Assembly: GCA_964567945.1 (NCBI GenBank)
Contig: CAZMOS010000002.1
Location: forward strand, 6,664 to 70,663
Length of the DNA: 64,000 nucleotides
From: an uncultured Lentimicrobiaceae bacterium
Lineage (GTDB): Bacteria > Bacteroidota > Bacteroidia > Bacteroidales > F082
Reading direction: 5' to 3'
Shown here piece after piece: positions 29,038 to 39,259 of this stretch (within the stretch, counting starts at the first letter, position 1; every line of letters begins with the position of its first letter). The notes beneath the pieces were generated by a model. That model saw only the letters and a program-made list of their open reading frames with translations. It had not been told where the DNA came from and did no database searches. The position numbers and the translations under genes are program-made.

Positions 29038-30879
29038 TTATCTTAACTTCCATTCTTCCTGAATCTCCCAATTGGCCCTTATGGTCAATTTTTTATTATA
29101 AAAAACCACCCATTCGGGTTCAATCTTATGAATAAATTTTCCGCCGTCCCATTTTTTGTTACCATTGGCATCATAGATTATTTTCAGAATTATATCACCA
29201 GGCAACAAGTAATTAAAGGTAAATGTTGTGTCCGATGAAAAATAAACCTCGCGCTTGATTTCCTCTTTGTCGGTCATCAATTGTAAAATGTAGCTCATCG
29301 GATATGTCGGTTTCATCTCAATGACAAGTACTCCGTAATCACGCAGCGATTTGGTTGTAAATCCGATACTTTTTTCCTGGTTATGCAAGCCGTTCCAGTC
29401 AATTACCGACGAATCGGGAATAAAAAGCGTGTAACGTGTTTCTGTTTTGAGATCTATTGGGAAAACCATTTTACGGTGAAGCGAATCATCAAAATAGAAC
29501 TCCGGCTGATAAACAGAATCATTTCCCGACACTAACAAAACAGAATCACTGATGACTTTTACAACAGGATAATCAAAAACAAGTTCCGGGTTCTTATCCG
29601 GTCGCAGAGTATTGCCTTTAATGTTGCTTTTAAACCCCAGGTATTTCTTTTTCTCCTGCTGGTTTTTCTTTTTGCTCCTGACATTCCTCGCCTGAATTTC
29701 AATCGGACTCAATCGCTGATAGAATTTATCGAGGGTATCAGCAACATGCATGATGAGTATATCGAGTGTATCCACGGGCAGTTTTTTAATAAACCAGATA
29801 ATGGTATCTTTTCCGGGAGATGTTTCCACAAGATGCCATGTGGTATCGGCAGAAAAGTTGAGCGCTTCGATAGTAACATCTTCTGCCGGCCAGGCAAATG
29901 CAAACTCCACAACGTTTTTTCGCAACAATCTTATACCCAGCACTTTTTGCGTGCTGTCCTTTTCATCAAATAAGAACAATTCATAATTTATCTGTTGTGA
30001 TTTATCTTGCCTCAAAGAGTCCTGCTTAAGTGAATCAGTCACCTGATTCGGATTCTCCGGCACAATAGTGTCGGGAACAAAAACAGAACTGTCGGAAATC
30101 ACCGTATCCACTTTGCCCGGTGCAAAGTATTGAGGCCTGACCAGGGAATCAAGAAAAGCGATTTCTTCTCCCGGCTGGTCATAAATATAATTGGCATTCA
30201 AATCCTTCAAAGCAAAGATCATATACGGGACATTGGCCAGTCCGGTTAAAACAAAATGACCGTTTTTATCTGTCTTGCTCAGATAATAGGGTTGTACTTT
30301 GTATGGCATGGAATCAAGGGGTATCGAATCCTTTTCGTCTTTATACAACATCACCGATACATCCTCCACGGGTTTCAGGTCGAAAGCACTGTAAACATCC
30401 CCGGCAATGCTCATGGAATCAACCTTGTCCCCTGTTGAAAAAATGTATGTATAATTGAGCAAAGCATTTTTTTCGGTAATGTCATTAATGGCGTCGGCAA
30501 AATTTACCGAGTACGTGGTATTGGGTTTTAGCTCCTCCATGAATTTAACTTGCAACGACTTACCTTTCACTTTAAAATCGGGCAGCTTTTTCATGGGCGG
30601 CGAAATAAGGACTTTTTGCTTGATGTTGTCCAGTTGGATGAACTCATCAAAAGTGATCGTAAATTTTTTGGATGCAAAACGGGCACTTCCGTTCGGAGGT
30701 TCCGTTTTGAGAACTCCGGGCGGCATAATATCTTTCTTTCCACCGCTCGGCATCACCGGATGGGCACACCGGTAAATGATAAAAATCATTGAAACATAAA
30801 AAACGATTTTGACGAATCCCCGCATATAATCCAGGATGTTTAATCTGCAAAGATGCGAAATAAAACGGTTTTGAATCAT
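29038..30879 (-). CDS. Ig-like (SbsA/Big_5-type) domain-containing envelope protein
   Basis: An N-terminal hydrophobic segment is followed by CAHPVMPSGGKKDIMPPGVLKTEPPNGSARFASKKFTITFDEFIQL, typical of Bacteroidota Ig-like domain proteins. There is an ATGA overlap with the upstream deacetylase gene. An alternative start at 30825 is possible. Confidence 0.65.
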   Translation of the reverse strand: MIQNRFISHLCRLNILDYMRGFVKIVFYVSMIFIIYRCAHPVMPSGGKKDIMPPGVLKTEPPNGSARFASKKFTITFDEFIQLDNIKQKVLISPPMKKLPDFKVKGKSLQVKFMEELKPNTTYSVNFADAINDITEKNALLNYTYIFSTGDKVDSMSIAGDVYSAFDLKPVEDVSVMLYKDEKDSIPLDSMPYKVQPYYLSKTDKNGHFVLTGLANVPYMIFALKDLNANYIYDQPGEEIAFLDSLVRPQYFAPGKVDTVISDSSVFVPDTIVPENPNQVTDSLKQDSLRQDKSQQINYELFLFDEKDSTQKVLGIRLLRKNVVEFAFAWPAEDVTIEALNFSADTTWHLVETSPGKDTIIWFIKKLPVDTLDILIMHVADTLDKFYQRLSPIEIQARNVRSKKKNQQEKKKYLGFKSNIKGNTLRPDKNPELVFDYPVVKVISDSVLLVSGNDSVYQPEFYFDDSLHRKMVFPIDLKTETRYTLFIPDSSVIDWNGLHNQEKSIGFTTKSLRDYGVLVIEMKPTYPMSYILQLMTDKEEIKREVYFSSDTTFTFNYLLPGDIILKIIYDANGNKKWDGGKFIHKIEPEWVVFYNKKLTIRANWEIQEEWKLR

Positions 30880-31487
30880 ACATCAATCACTTTAAAGCGA
30901 TAACCCGACTCTGTAAAATGTTCAAGAAACCGCGGCAGTGCAAACAACATATTACCCGCTGCTTTTTCACTGTCATGAAAAACGATAATGGAACCGGGCT
31001 TGCTAAATTTCACTGCATAATCATAACATTTCTGCGGGGTTATTTTCGGGTGAAAGTCATAAGTCAGCACCGACCACATAATGATTCTGTAATTTATTTT
31101 CAGGTAACCGATTTGCAAATAAGTGATCCTCCCATAGGGAGGTCTGAACAAGTGTGAGCCAACCAGCCCGGCACAACGGTCTGCATCATCAAGATACTTC
31201 CTGTTGGAAGTTTTCCATCCGTTGAGGTGGTGAAATCCATGATTTCCTGTCTGATGGCCCTTTTTCAGTATCTGGTTATATGTTTCGGGATATTTCTTCA
31301 CGTTTTCACCCACACAGAAAAAAGTGGCTTTTGCCTGGTAGTTGTCAAGAATATCAAGCACGCGGGGCGTAATTTCAGGATGAGGTCCGTCGTCAAAAGT
31401 GAGGAATATCTCCCTTTCCGGTGTCGCAATTTCCCAGATCAATTGTGGGAATAAAAATTTTCCAATACCCGGCCTGATCAGTTTCAT
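30876..31487 (-). CDS. Polysaccharide deacetylase (NodB homology domain)
   Basis: FLTFDDGPHPEITPRVLDILDNYQAKATFFCVGENV...GHQTGNHGFHH carries NodB motifs 1-3. Confidence 0.9.
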   Translation of the reverse strand: MKLIRPGIGKFLFPQLIWEIATPEREIFLTFDDGPHPEITPRVLDILDNYQAKATFFCVGENVKKYPETYNQILKKGHQTGNHGFHHLNGWKTSNRKYLDDADRCAGLVGSHLFRPPYGRITYLQIGYLKINYRIIMWSVLTYDFHPKITPQKCYDYAVKFSKPGSIIVFHDSEKAAGNMLFALPRFLEHFTESGYRFKVIDV

Positions 31488-31542
31488 GTGAACAAAAATA
31501 ACATAGTCTTTGCTTACTCACTCCTGTTAGTCACCTTTTTTT

Positions 31543-31550
31543 TACTTTTG
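31543..31550 (+). promoter_or_regulatory. -7 box TACTTTTG (gpmA promoter)
   Basis: TAnnTTTG match 19 nt upstream of the ATG at 31569. Confidence 0.5.
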
Positions 31551-31568
31551 CGAAAAAACCATTAAGTC

Positions 31569-32315
31569 ATGAAACGACTCGTACTTTTACGCCACGGGCA
31601 AAGCCAGTGGAACAAAGAAAACCGCTTTACGGGATGGACAGACGTTCCCCTCTCGGAGGAAGGTGTAGAAGAAGCTGTCCGCGCCGGACAGACAATGAAA
31701 AAAGAAGGGTTTCAGTTTAAGATCGTATATACCTCCTATTTGAAAAGAGCCATTAAAACCTTATGGATAGTGCTTGAAGAGATGGACATGATGTGGTTGC
31801 CGGTGAAAAAAAGCTGGCGTCTCAACGAAAAACATTATGGAAATCTGCAAGGGTTGAATAAAGCTGAAACTGCTGAAAAATACGGCGCCGAGATGGTTCA
31901 ACTCTGGCGAAGAAGCTTTGACACGCCGCCACAACCACTAGATCCTGATGATGAACGGAATCCCACGTTCGATCCGCGTTATGCTGAACTGACTCCCGAA
32001 GAAATCCCACTCACCGAATCGCTGAAAGATGTTATTGAACGGTTCGTGCCTTACTGGGAAAATGAAATTGAACCCACTTTAAAAGAACAGAATGATGTTT
32101 TGATATCGGCCCATGGGAACAGCCTGAGAGCACTGGTGATGCACCTGAAAAACATGAGCAAGGAGGATATTCTCAAATTCAACATCCCGACGGGGATCCC
32201 TTATGTTTTTATTTTTGACGACAATATGAATTTACAAAAAGATTATTTCATCGGCGACCCGGAAGAGATCAAAAAGCTAATGGATCAGGTGGCAAATCAG
32301 ATTAAAAAGAAATAA
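31569..32315 (+). CDS. gpmA: 2,3-bisphosphoglycerate-dependent phosphoglycerate mutase
   Basis: [29 protein letters not shown]...[10 protein letters not shown]. Confidence 0.95.
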   Translation: MKRLVLLRHGQSQWNKENRFTGWTDVPLSEEGVEEAVRAGQTMKKEGFQFKIVYTSYLKRAIKTLWIVLEEMDMMWLPVKKSWRLNEKHYGNLQGLNKAETAEKYGAEMVQLWRRSFDTPPQPLDPDDERNPTFDPRYAELTPEEIPLTESLKDVIERFVPYWENEIEPTLKEQNDVLISAHGNSLRALVMHLKNMSKEDILKFNIPTGIPYVFIFDDNMNLQKDYFIGDPEEIKKLMDQVANQIKKK

Positions 32316-33067
32316 TGAATAAAATTTGGGTAATCCCTGACATTCACGGTTGTGCTTTAACCCTGAAGACACTGATCGAGAATCAGATCGAACCGGATAA
32401 AAAAGACAAACTTATCTTTCTGGGCGACTATATTGATCGTGGCCCCGACAGCAAAGGCGTGCTGGATTATATCATGAACCTGGAATCGGAAGGGTATGAT
32501 ATTACAGGTCTGATGGGCAATCACGAAGATTATTGCATTACCGCATGGGAAGACGATCAGGATGCAAAAAGTTTTCTGGGTATCAGGCCGAAGACCAAAA
32601 CGCAAAAAGAATGGGAAACCTACGGCGGGAAAGAAGCGCTTGAAAGTTTCAGTGTGGAGCGCCCGCGGGACATTCCACAGTATTACGTTGACTGGATGAA
32701 GAAACTGGAGTATTATGTTGAAATAAAAGATTTTATCATCGTACATGCCGGGTTCAACTTTTCACTTGAAGATCCTTTTGAAGACCGTTTTGCAATGATC
32801 TGGATCAGGGAGTATGTCCCCGATTTTAAGAAAATAAACAACAAGTCCATCATCCACGGCCACGTGCCTGTCAACCTGGAATATATTGATATGACTATCA
32901 AAGCCGAAGGCCCCCGGATCATTGATATTGATAACGGTATTTATTTTAAAAACATGCCGGGTTACGGAAACCTCGTTGCCCTTGAACTTACCAAAATGGA
33001 ATATGCAGTTCAATCGGTTATGGATGACGTGATATTCGGTAACAGGAACACGTGGAAACGGATTTGA
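32315..33067 (+). CDS. Metallophosphoesterase (PPP-family Ser/Thr phosphatase / ApaH-like)
   Basis: IWVIPDIHGC, LGDYIDRGPDS, GNHED and a later GH motif. The gpmA stop and this gene's start overlap by 1 nt (TAATG). Confidence 0.85.
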   Translation: MNKIWVIPDIHGCALTLKTLIENQIEPDKKDKLIFLGDYIDRGPDSKGVLDYIMNLESEGYDITGLMGNHEDYCITAWEDDQDAKSFLGIRPKTKTQKEWETYGGKEALESFSVERPRDIPQYYVDWMKKLEYYVEIKDFIIVHAGFNFSLEDPFEDRFAMIWIREYVPDFKKINNKSIIHGHVPVNLEYIDMTIKAEGPRIIDIDNGIYFKNMPGYGNLVALELTKMEYAVQSVMDDVIFGNRNTWKRI

Positions 33068-33272
33068 ATTTTTTCAGCAACAGAAATCGCCGGTACAAGA
33101 TATTACAAGAAACAAACGAAATATTTTTTCGCACCAATCCGAACCATCCGTGTCTGACTGACAGGCAGGCATTCGCAGCATTTTTTTAATGGTGTTCAGT
33201 CGAATATAACCGAAAAAGTCCTGGCCATTAAAAGGATATTTAATTACTGCTTTCAAAGCTTACTTTAATTTC

Positions 33273-33280
33273 TAAATTTG
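33273..33280 (+). promoter_or_regulatory. -7 box TAAATTTG
   Basis: TAnnTTTG match 8 nt upstream of the ATG at 33288, which implies a near-leaderless mRNA or a later start. Confidence 0.4.
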
Positions 33281-33287
33281 CACCGCA

Positions 33288-35066
33288 ATGACAACAAGGC
33301 GCAGAAAGATCATATTCAAAATATTACGCTGGATACACAAACTTCCATCCAAACAACTGATGATCACATTAAGTGTGATTGTCGGTTTCCTGGCGGGAAT
33401 TGTTGCCATGGTCATCCGGGGTCTGGTGAAAGAGCTGGAACATTTGCTGACTTCCGGTTTCTCGGTTGACTATTCCAACTACATGTATGTGGTATATCCG
33501 GCAATCGGTGTTTTGCTGACCATCCTATTTATAAAATATCTGTTACGGCAGCCTGTGCGCGATGGTGTGCCAAGTGTTTTATATGCCATTTCAAAGCAAC
33601 ACGGGCTGATAAAACCGCACAATACCTATTCTTCAATAATTACCAGTACGCTGACGGTTGCTTTTGGAGGTTCGGTGGGACTTGAAGGACCGACGGTTAT
33701 TACCGGGTCGGCCATTGGTTCCACTATCGGAAGGCTTCTGGGGCTCAACTACAAGCAAACAGTAGCTCTCCTGGGAATGGCCAGCGCTGCTGCCATGTCT
33801 GCCATTTTTAAAGCGCCCATAGCTGCCATCGTATTTGCACTCGAGATCATTCTTTTTGATATGACCATGACCGCTCTTGTGCCTTTGTTGATTGCTTCCA
33901 TCGTCGCCGTACTGACTACTTATTTCTTTCAGGGGCTGGATGTTCTTTATCCGATGAAAGGAATCAGTGTCTTCAAGCTTTATGAGACTCCTTATTATAT
34001 CGGCCTGGGTATTTTTACGGCCCTGATCTCCGCTTACTTCATCAAATTTTATGTTTGGACCGGAAAGTTGTTCGACAAGATCAAAGGATGGTTTTTAAAG
34101 TTCCTGATCGGTGCCTCGGCCCTAGGGCTGATCATTTTTCTGCTGCCTGCATTATACGGTGAAGGTTACGGCGCCATTAACAAGGCTATGGAAGGTGATT
34201 TAAGTTTTATATTCGATAACAGCCTTTTTTATTTTTATCATGGCAAAATGGGAATTACCCTGATGTTACTGCTTGCCATTATTTTATTTAAAGTCATCGC
34301 CACTACGTTGACATTCAGGAGCGGTGGTATCGGTGGTGTGTTTGCTCCTACCCTTTTCATCGGTACAATGTCCGGTTTATTTTTTGTCACCATAATCAAT
34401 CATTACGGATTGTCAGACCTGCCTGTCAGCAACTTTGCCATGGTGGGTATGGCAGGGATGCTTGCCGGCGTGATCCATGCCCCACTGACTTCTATTTTCC
34501 TTATTGCAGAAGTTACGGGAGGTTATGAGCTGTTTCTGCCCATCATGCTTGTGGCCACAACTTCCTATTCCTTAACTCGTTTCTTGTCACCGCGCTCGAT
34601 TTACACCATTCAATTGAAAAAACGGGGCGACATATTAACCCACCACAAAGACAAATCGCTGCTTTCGCTGATGAATGTAAGAGAACACATCGAAACTGAC
34701 TTTTCAAAAGTACATATTGACGCCACGCTGGGCGATCTGGTCAAAATAATTGCCGATTCACACCGTAACATTTTCCCTGTTGTTGACGATGAAGACAATT
34801 TTTACGGATTCATTATCCTGGACCAGATCAGGCACATTATGTTCCAACCCGAACTGTATGATAATGTAAAGGTGAAAAACCTGATGATGAAACCTTCCAG
34901 TATCGTTTACATTGATGACGACATGGAAACCGTCGCCCAGAAATTCCAGCATTCGGGAAAGTACAATCTTGTGGTACTGGATGGGGATAAATATGTGGGG
35001 TTCGTTTCGCGTGCCAATGTCTTTTCACATTACCGTGATTTGCTGAAAGATTTCTCGGAGGAATAA
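33288..35066 (+). CDS. ClC-family chloride channel/antiporter with C-terminal CBS pair (paralog 1)
   Basis: GGSVGLEGP (gating glutamate motif), GGVFAPTLF, about 10 TM helices and two CBS-like repeats at the C-terminus. Confidence 0.9.
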   Translation: MTTRRRKIIFKILRWIHKLPSKQLMITLSVIVGFLAGIVAMVIRGLVKELEHLLTSGFSVDYSNYMYVVYPAIGVLLTILFIKYLLRQPVRDGVPSVLYAISKQHGLIKPHNTYSSIITSTLTVAFGGSVGLEGPTVITGSAIGSTIGRLLGLNYKQTVALLGMASAAAMSAIFKAPIAAIVFALEIILFDMTMTALVPLLIASIVAVLTTYFFQGLDVLYPMKGISVFKLYETPYYIGLGIFTALISAYFIKFYVWTGKLFDKIKGWFLKFLIGASALGLIIFLLPALYGEGYGAINKAMEGDLSFIFDNSLFYFYHGKMGITLMLLLAIILFKVIATTLTFRSGGIGGVFAPTLFIGTMSGLFFVTIINHYGLSDLPVSNFAMVGMAGMLAGVIHAPLTSIFLIAEVTGGYELFLPIMLVATTSYSLTRFLSPRSIYTIQLKKRGDILTHHKDKSLLSLMNVREHIETDFSKVHIDATLGDLVKIIADSHRNIFPVVDDEDNFYGFIILDQIRHIMFQPELYDNVKVKNLMMKPSSIVYIDDDMETVAQKFQHSGKYNLVVLDGDKYVGFVSRANVFSHYRDLLKDFSEE

Positions 35067-35073
35067 AGGGGGA

Positions 35074-35116
35074 GTTCGATGGTTCGGTGGTTCGATGGTT
35101 CGAAGGTTCGATGGTT
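35074..35116. repeat. Tandem 8-bp repeat (GTTCGATG-like, about 5 units)
   Basis: GTTCGATG GTTCGGTG GTTCGATG GTTCGAAG GTTCGATG GTT lies directly after the ClC-1 stop. It is followed through about 35235 by an imperfect long hairpin built from CACAAAG / CCAAGG words. Confidence 0.85.
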
Positions 35117-35389
35117 GTGTCCACTCTGAAAAGTAAATTGCCACAAAGACAGAAAAACACCAAGGAACACCAAGCCCGTTTACCAGGATATCTATACTTT
35201 GTGCACCTTTGTGCCTTGGCGAATTGGTGGCTAAAATGACAGATTGGGGATTTCGGAGGGGACTCATTGTTCTATTGTTATACCTGAAACAAAAATTCCG
35301 TATTCCAAAATTAACAAAGCGAAATCAATGACATTGATGCGGAAATTGATACCGCTTAATATATAATCATCATCTTTCCGTTTTAATTC

Positions 35390-35397
35390 TAATTTTG
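35390..35397 (+). promoter_or_regulatory. -7 box TAATTTTG
   Basis: TAnnTTTG match 88 nt upstream of the ATG at 35485. Confidence 0.35.
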
Positions 35398-35484
35398 CAA
35401 CAGCTTTTTACAATATCGTTACTTGTTTTGGAACTGGCATAACCGGAAAATAGAAGAAGCGATTACAAAAAACGATTCACTGAA

Positions 35485-37257
35485 ATGCAGGGTATCAGGG
35501 ATTTTTTACACCGAAAACTGGTTTTTAATTCTTCCAGGCAAAGAAGGTTTGTCCTGCTACTTAGTCTCGTCATCGGGATAATCAGCGGACTGGCAGCCGT
35601 ATTCTTAAAAAATATGGTTCACCATGCTACCGACTTCATCATGCATGGTTTTGACTTTGCCGAAGGCAATTACCTCTATCTTGTTTTACCATTGACCGGT
35701 CTGGGACTTACAATTATTTTCACAGTATATGTAATTAAGGATGATATCAGCCATGGGGTGGCGCGCATTCTTTATGCCATCTCAAGGAAGAACGGTAAGA
35801 TAGACCGGCACAACATGTACTCCTCAATGGTCGGCAGTACGTTAACCATCGGTTTTGGCGGTTCCATGGGGCTTGAGGCACCTATCGTACTTACCGGCAG
35901 CGCTTTCGGCTCTTTTCTCGGGCGAAGTTTTCACCTTAACCGTAAAACCGTGACCCTGCTCGTTGGCGCCGGAGCCACCGGCGCGCTGGCAGGCATTTTC
36001 AAAGCTCCCATTGCAGCCGTTGTCTTTTCCCTTGAAGTGCTGATGCTTGATCTGACCATGGTCACGTTGATCCCTTTGCTGATATCCTCGGCAGCAGCAG
36101 CCACCATAGCTTTCTTTTTCATGGGTTCAAACGTGATGTTTTCATTTGAACTGATCAATCCTTTTTATTTAAAACACCTGCACTGGTATATTTTTCTGGG
36201 CATTTTCACAGGATTGATATCTGTTTATTTTACCCGCACCACACTCTTTATCGAATCGGGAATGAACCGGATAAAACACAAATGGCAAAAATGGCTTTTG
36301 GGTGGAATATCCCTCGGTATCATGATCTACGTATTTCCTGCGCTCTACGGTGAGGGCTATCAGTTTATGTATGACCTTGTCAACCAGAAAACCACCGGCC
36401 TGATCAATGAAACATTGTTTGGCGGGGTGAACGATGTCTGGTATTTTATCTTTTTGCTCGGGCTGATCATGTTGTTTAAAGTAGTGGCCATGGCTCTGAC
36501 AGGTGGGAGTGGAGGTGTAGGCGGTATTTTCGCCCCTTCACTTTTTGTTGGAAGTGTCAGCGGCGTTTTCTTCGGCAAAATGATCAATCAATTGTGGCCG
36601 ATGGCCGGTGTTCCTGAAAAAAATATGGCCCTCGTGGGTATGGCCGGCGTGATGGCCGGCGTGATGCAGGCACCCCTTACCGGTATATTCCTGATCGCCG
36701 AAAGTACGGGAGGATACGAATTGTTTACCCCATTGATTTTTACGGCTGTTATATCGTTCCTTACAATGAGGTTGTTTGAACCACGCAGTATTTATACAAA
36801 AAGACTGGCCGAACGCGGTGAACTGATGACGCACGACAAAGACAGGAATGTTTTGCAAATGATGAAAGTATCACAACTTATCGAAACGAACTTTCGTAAA
36901 GTTAATGTTGATGAAACTATGCGTGATTTCATCAAAGAAGTTGCCAAATCACAAAGAAATGTATTTCCCGTCGTGGATGGGGAGGATAACTTTTACGGGG
37001 TTATTTTCATCAACGACCTCCGCCACATGATATTCAAAACCGAACTCTGGGATACAACCATGGTAAGGAACTTAATGTTTATGCCCGATACGATCGTTGA
37101 CCCGGACGAATCCATGGAATCGGTGGCAACCAAATTTCAAAATACCGAACATTATAACCTGCCGGTAATCAAAGACGGCAAATACCTCGGTTTTGTGTCG
37201 AGAGCACAGGTTTTTTCTACCTACCGGAAACTGCTCCGTGAATTTTCGGATGAATAA
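35485..37257 (+). CDS. ClC-family chloride channel/antiporter with C-terminal CBS pair (paralog 2)
   Basis: GGSMGLEAP, GGIFAPSLF and the same architecture as paralog 1. Roughly half of the residues are identical to paralog 1 across the aligned core, judged by eye. Confidence 0.9.
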   Translation: MQGIRDFLHRKLVFNSSRQRRFVLLLSLVIGIISGLAAVFLKNMVHHATDFIMHGFDFAEGNYLYLVLPLTGLGLTIIFTVYVIKDDISHGVARILYAISRKNGKIDRHNMYSSMVGSTLTIGFGGSMGLEAPIVLTGSAFGSFLGRSFHLNRKTVTLLVGAGATGALAGIFKAPIAAVVFSLEVLMLDLTMVTLIPLLISSAAAATIAFFFMGSNVMFSFELINPFYLKHLHWYIFLGIFTGLISVYFTRTTLFIESGMNRIKHKWQKWLLGGISLGIMIYVFPALYGEGYQFMYDLVNQKTTGLINETLFGGVNDVWYFIFLLGLIMLFKVVAMALTGGSGGVGGIFAPSLFVGSVSGVFFGKMINQLWPMAGVPEKNMALVGMAGVMAGVMQAPLTGIFLIAESTGGYELFTPLIFTAVISFLTMRLFEPRSIYTKRLAERGELMTHDKDRNVLQMMKVSQLIETNFRKVNVDETMRDFIKEVAKSQRNVFPVVDGEDNFYGVIFINDLRHMIFKTELWDTTMVRNLMFMPDTIVDPDESMESVATKFQNTEHYNLPVIKDGKYLGFVSRAQVFSTYRKLLREFSDE

Positions 37258-37336
37258 ATCGGTTCTGCAACTTTCGGTTTAACATTATTTAAAAATAGTA
37301 GTCCCCTGGTAGGAAAAAGCTTAATGATATTATATG

Positions 37337-37344
37337 TACTTTTG
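37337..37344 (+). promoter_or_regulatory. -7 box TACTTTTG
   Basis: TAnnTTTG match 21 nt upstream of the ATG at 37365. Confidence 0.5.
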
Positions 37345-37364
37345 CCCCTCAATTTTTTGAATCA

Positions 37365-37787
37365 ATGATCTATATAACCCGGCGGGAACGGTTTAATGCG
37401 GCGCACCGGCTTTTCAGGGAGGATTTTACCGATGAACAAAACCTTGAAGTCTTCGGAAAATGTTCAAACCCGAAATGGCACGGACACAATTATGAGCTGT
37501 TTGTCACCGTTAAAGGGAATATAGATGTGAAAACAGGTTTTCTGGTCAATCTGAAATTTTTAAGCAAATTGATCCGGGAACACGTAATTGAAAAGCTGGA
37601 CCATAAAAATATCAATCTTGAAGTGGACTTCATGCAGGACAAACTGGCTTCAACGGAAAATCTGGCAGTGGGCATCTGGAATGAGCTTGAAAAGCACATA
37701 AAAAAGTTAAACGCTGAATTGCATTGTGTTAAAGTCGTTGAATCGGAAAATAATTATGTGGAATATTACGGAAACCGTTTTGAATAA
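37365..37787 (+). CDS. COG0720-family pterin synthase (6-pyruvoyl-tetrahydropterin / 6-carboxytetrahydropterin synthase)
   Basis: 140 aa. RFNAAHRL and the active-site motif C-SNPKW-HGHNY (Cys, 5 residues, then HGH) are present. It sits next to folE. Confidence 0.85.
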   Translation: MIYITRRERFNAAHRLFREDFTDEQNLEVFGKCSNPKWHGHNYELFVTVKGNIDVKTGFLVNLKFLSKLIREHVIEKLDHKNINLEVDFMQDKLASTENLAVGIWNELEKHIKKLNAELHCVKVVESENNYVEYYGNRFE

Positions 37788-37854
37788 ATAAGAATGAATG
37801 CAGGTTTAACTCTGGCACTTTATTTGAGAATAAGACTTTTACATTTAAAAAATA

Positions 37855-38472
37855 ATGGATAAACCGAAAGAATTATTAGGGTACGAAAAAATTGAAAAGT
37901 TTGCTCCCGAAAAGCTGAAACAACTGGAATATCATTACCGGGAAATACTAAAGCTGATTGAAGAAGACCCGACACGGGAAGGACTGCGGGAAACTCCTTT
38001 CCGGGTAGCAAAATCAATACAATTCCTTACCCAGGGTTATTTTCATGACCCGGAAGAAATCCTGCGTTCGGCCAAATTTAAAGAAGATTACAGGGAAATG
38101 GTCATCGTGAAAGACATTGATATTTTTTCGATGTGTGAACACCACATGATCCCTTTCATCGGGAAAGCACATGTGGCTTACATTCCCAACGGATACATAA
38201 CGGGATTGAGTAAAATTGCCCGCGTGGTGGAAGCTTATTCCCGAAGATTGCAGGTTCAGGAACGGCTGACAACCCAGATCAAGGAAACCATTCAAAAGGT
38301 GCTGAACCCGCTGGGCGTTGCCGTGGTTATCGAAGCAAGGCATTTGTGTATGGCCATGCGAGGTATTCAGAAGCAAAATTCGGTAACCACAACGTCGGAT
38401 TTTACGGGAGCTTTTGAACGTTCTGAAACAAGAGCTGAGTTTATCAGCCTGATATCTTCAAAATTATCTTAA
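37855..38472 (+). CDS. folE: GTP cyclohydrolase I (type 1)
   Basis: [14 protein letters not shown]...[21 protein letters not shown]...[23 protein letters not shown]...HLCMAMRG. Confidence 0.95.
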   Translation: MDKPKELLGYEKIEKFAPEKLKQLEYHYREILKLIEEDPTREGLRETPFRVAKSIQFLTQGYFHDPEEILRSAKFKEDYREMVIVKDIDIFSMCEHHMIPFIGKAHVAYIPNGYITGLSKIARVVEAYSRRLQVQERLTTQIKETIQKVLNPLGVAVVIEARHLCMAMRGIQKQNSVTTTSDFTGAFERSETRAEFISLISSKLS

Positions 38473-38504
38473 CATAAAGTTGAAAAATAAAAAACACAAT
38501 AGTC

Positions 38505-39230
38505 ATGGAAAATTTCAATAAACAAGTCGGTTATGTTCAGGGGCAACAAACAGTAAGTGTTGCCAGGACTTATCTTTCAGGCGTTTTTATGTGGATGACC
38601 ATCGCCCTGGGTATTACTGCAGCAACGGCATGGCTTTTTGCCACAACGCCCACGCTGATCAATGCGCTTTACAACCCCGAAACCGGCGGAATGTCTGTTT
38701 TGGGATGGATCATCATGCTTGCACCGCTGGGCATCGTCATTTGGATGTCGGCCGGATACAATAGATTATCGGCTTCGGCCATGCTGATGATATTCGTACT
38801 TTTTTCGATTTTGATGGGAGCCAGCCTGAGTTTTATCTTCCTGACTTTTACAGGAGCATCCATTGCCAAAACGTTTGTCATCACATCCGCCATGTTCGGT
38901 TTTATGGCCTTTTTGGGATATACAACAAAAACCGATCTTACTAAATTCGGAAGTATCATGTACATGGGGCTGATCGGTTTGATCATTGCCAGCGTGGTGA
39001 ATATGTTTACAAAAAGCAGCACCATGGATTACATTATCAGTTTTATTGGTGTGCTGGTATTTACCGGGCTAACGGCTTATGATGTACAGAAACTGAAAAG
39101 AATTGGTGCCCAGTTGGCGGCAGAAGGTGAGAACACGCGTAAAATGACCATAATGGGATCTTTAACTTTATACCTTGACTTTATCAATTTGTTTTTATTT
39201 TTGCTTCGATTTCTCGGTAATCGCCGTTAA
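38505..39230 (+). CDS. Bax inhibitor-1/YccA family membrane protein
   Basis: 241 aa with seven hydrophobic helices. The N-terminus has YLSGVFMWMTIALGITA and the C-terminal region has TAYDVQKLK...LTLYLDFINLFLFLLRF. Confidence 0.88.
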   Translation: MENFNKQVGYVQGQQTVSVARTYLSGVFMWMTIALGITAATAWLFATTPTLINALYNPETGGMSVLGWIIMLAPLGIVIWMSAGYNRLSASAMLMIFVLFSILMGASLSFIFLTFTGASIAKTFVITSAMFGFMAFLGYTTKTDLTKFGSIMYMGLIGLIIASVVNMFTKSSTMDYIISFIGVLVFTGLTAYDVQKLKRIGAQLAAEGENTRKMTIMGSLTLYLDFINLFLFLLRFLGNRR

Positions 39231-39259
39231 ATTTGTTCATTAGCCAAAAAGCCTGATTT

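Noticed and set aside
33074-33256. 60-aa minus-strand ORF between the phosphatase and ClC-1 genes
   Set aside because: It has no promoter box, signal or motif. It overlaps the ClC-1 promoter region and is probably non-coding.
34837-35267. Minus-strand ORFs giving EPSNHRT-type repeats
   Set aside because: They are direct translations of the 8-bp microsatellite and the adjacent hairpin, and they overlap the ClC-1 3' end.
35066-35484. Fluoride (crcB-motif) riboswitch upstream of the second ClC gene
   Set aside because: The GGTTCGATGG strings superficially resemble the GATGG..TTC core. They are a simple 8-bp tandem repeat, though, and the downstream conserved CTGATGA..CCT pseudoknot partner is absent.
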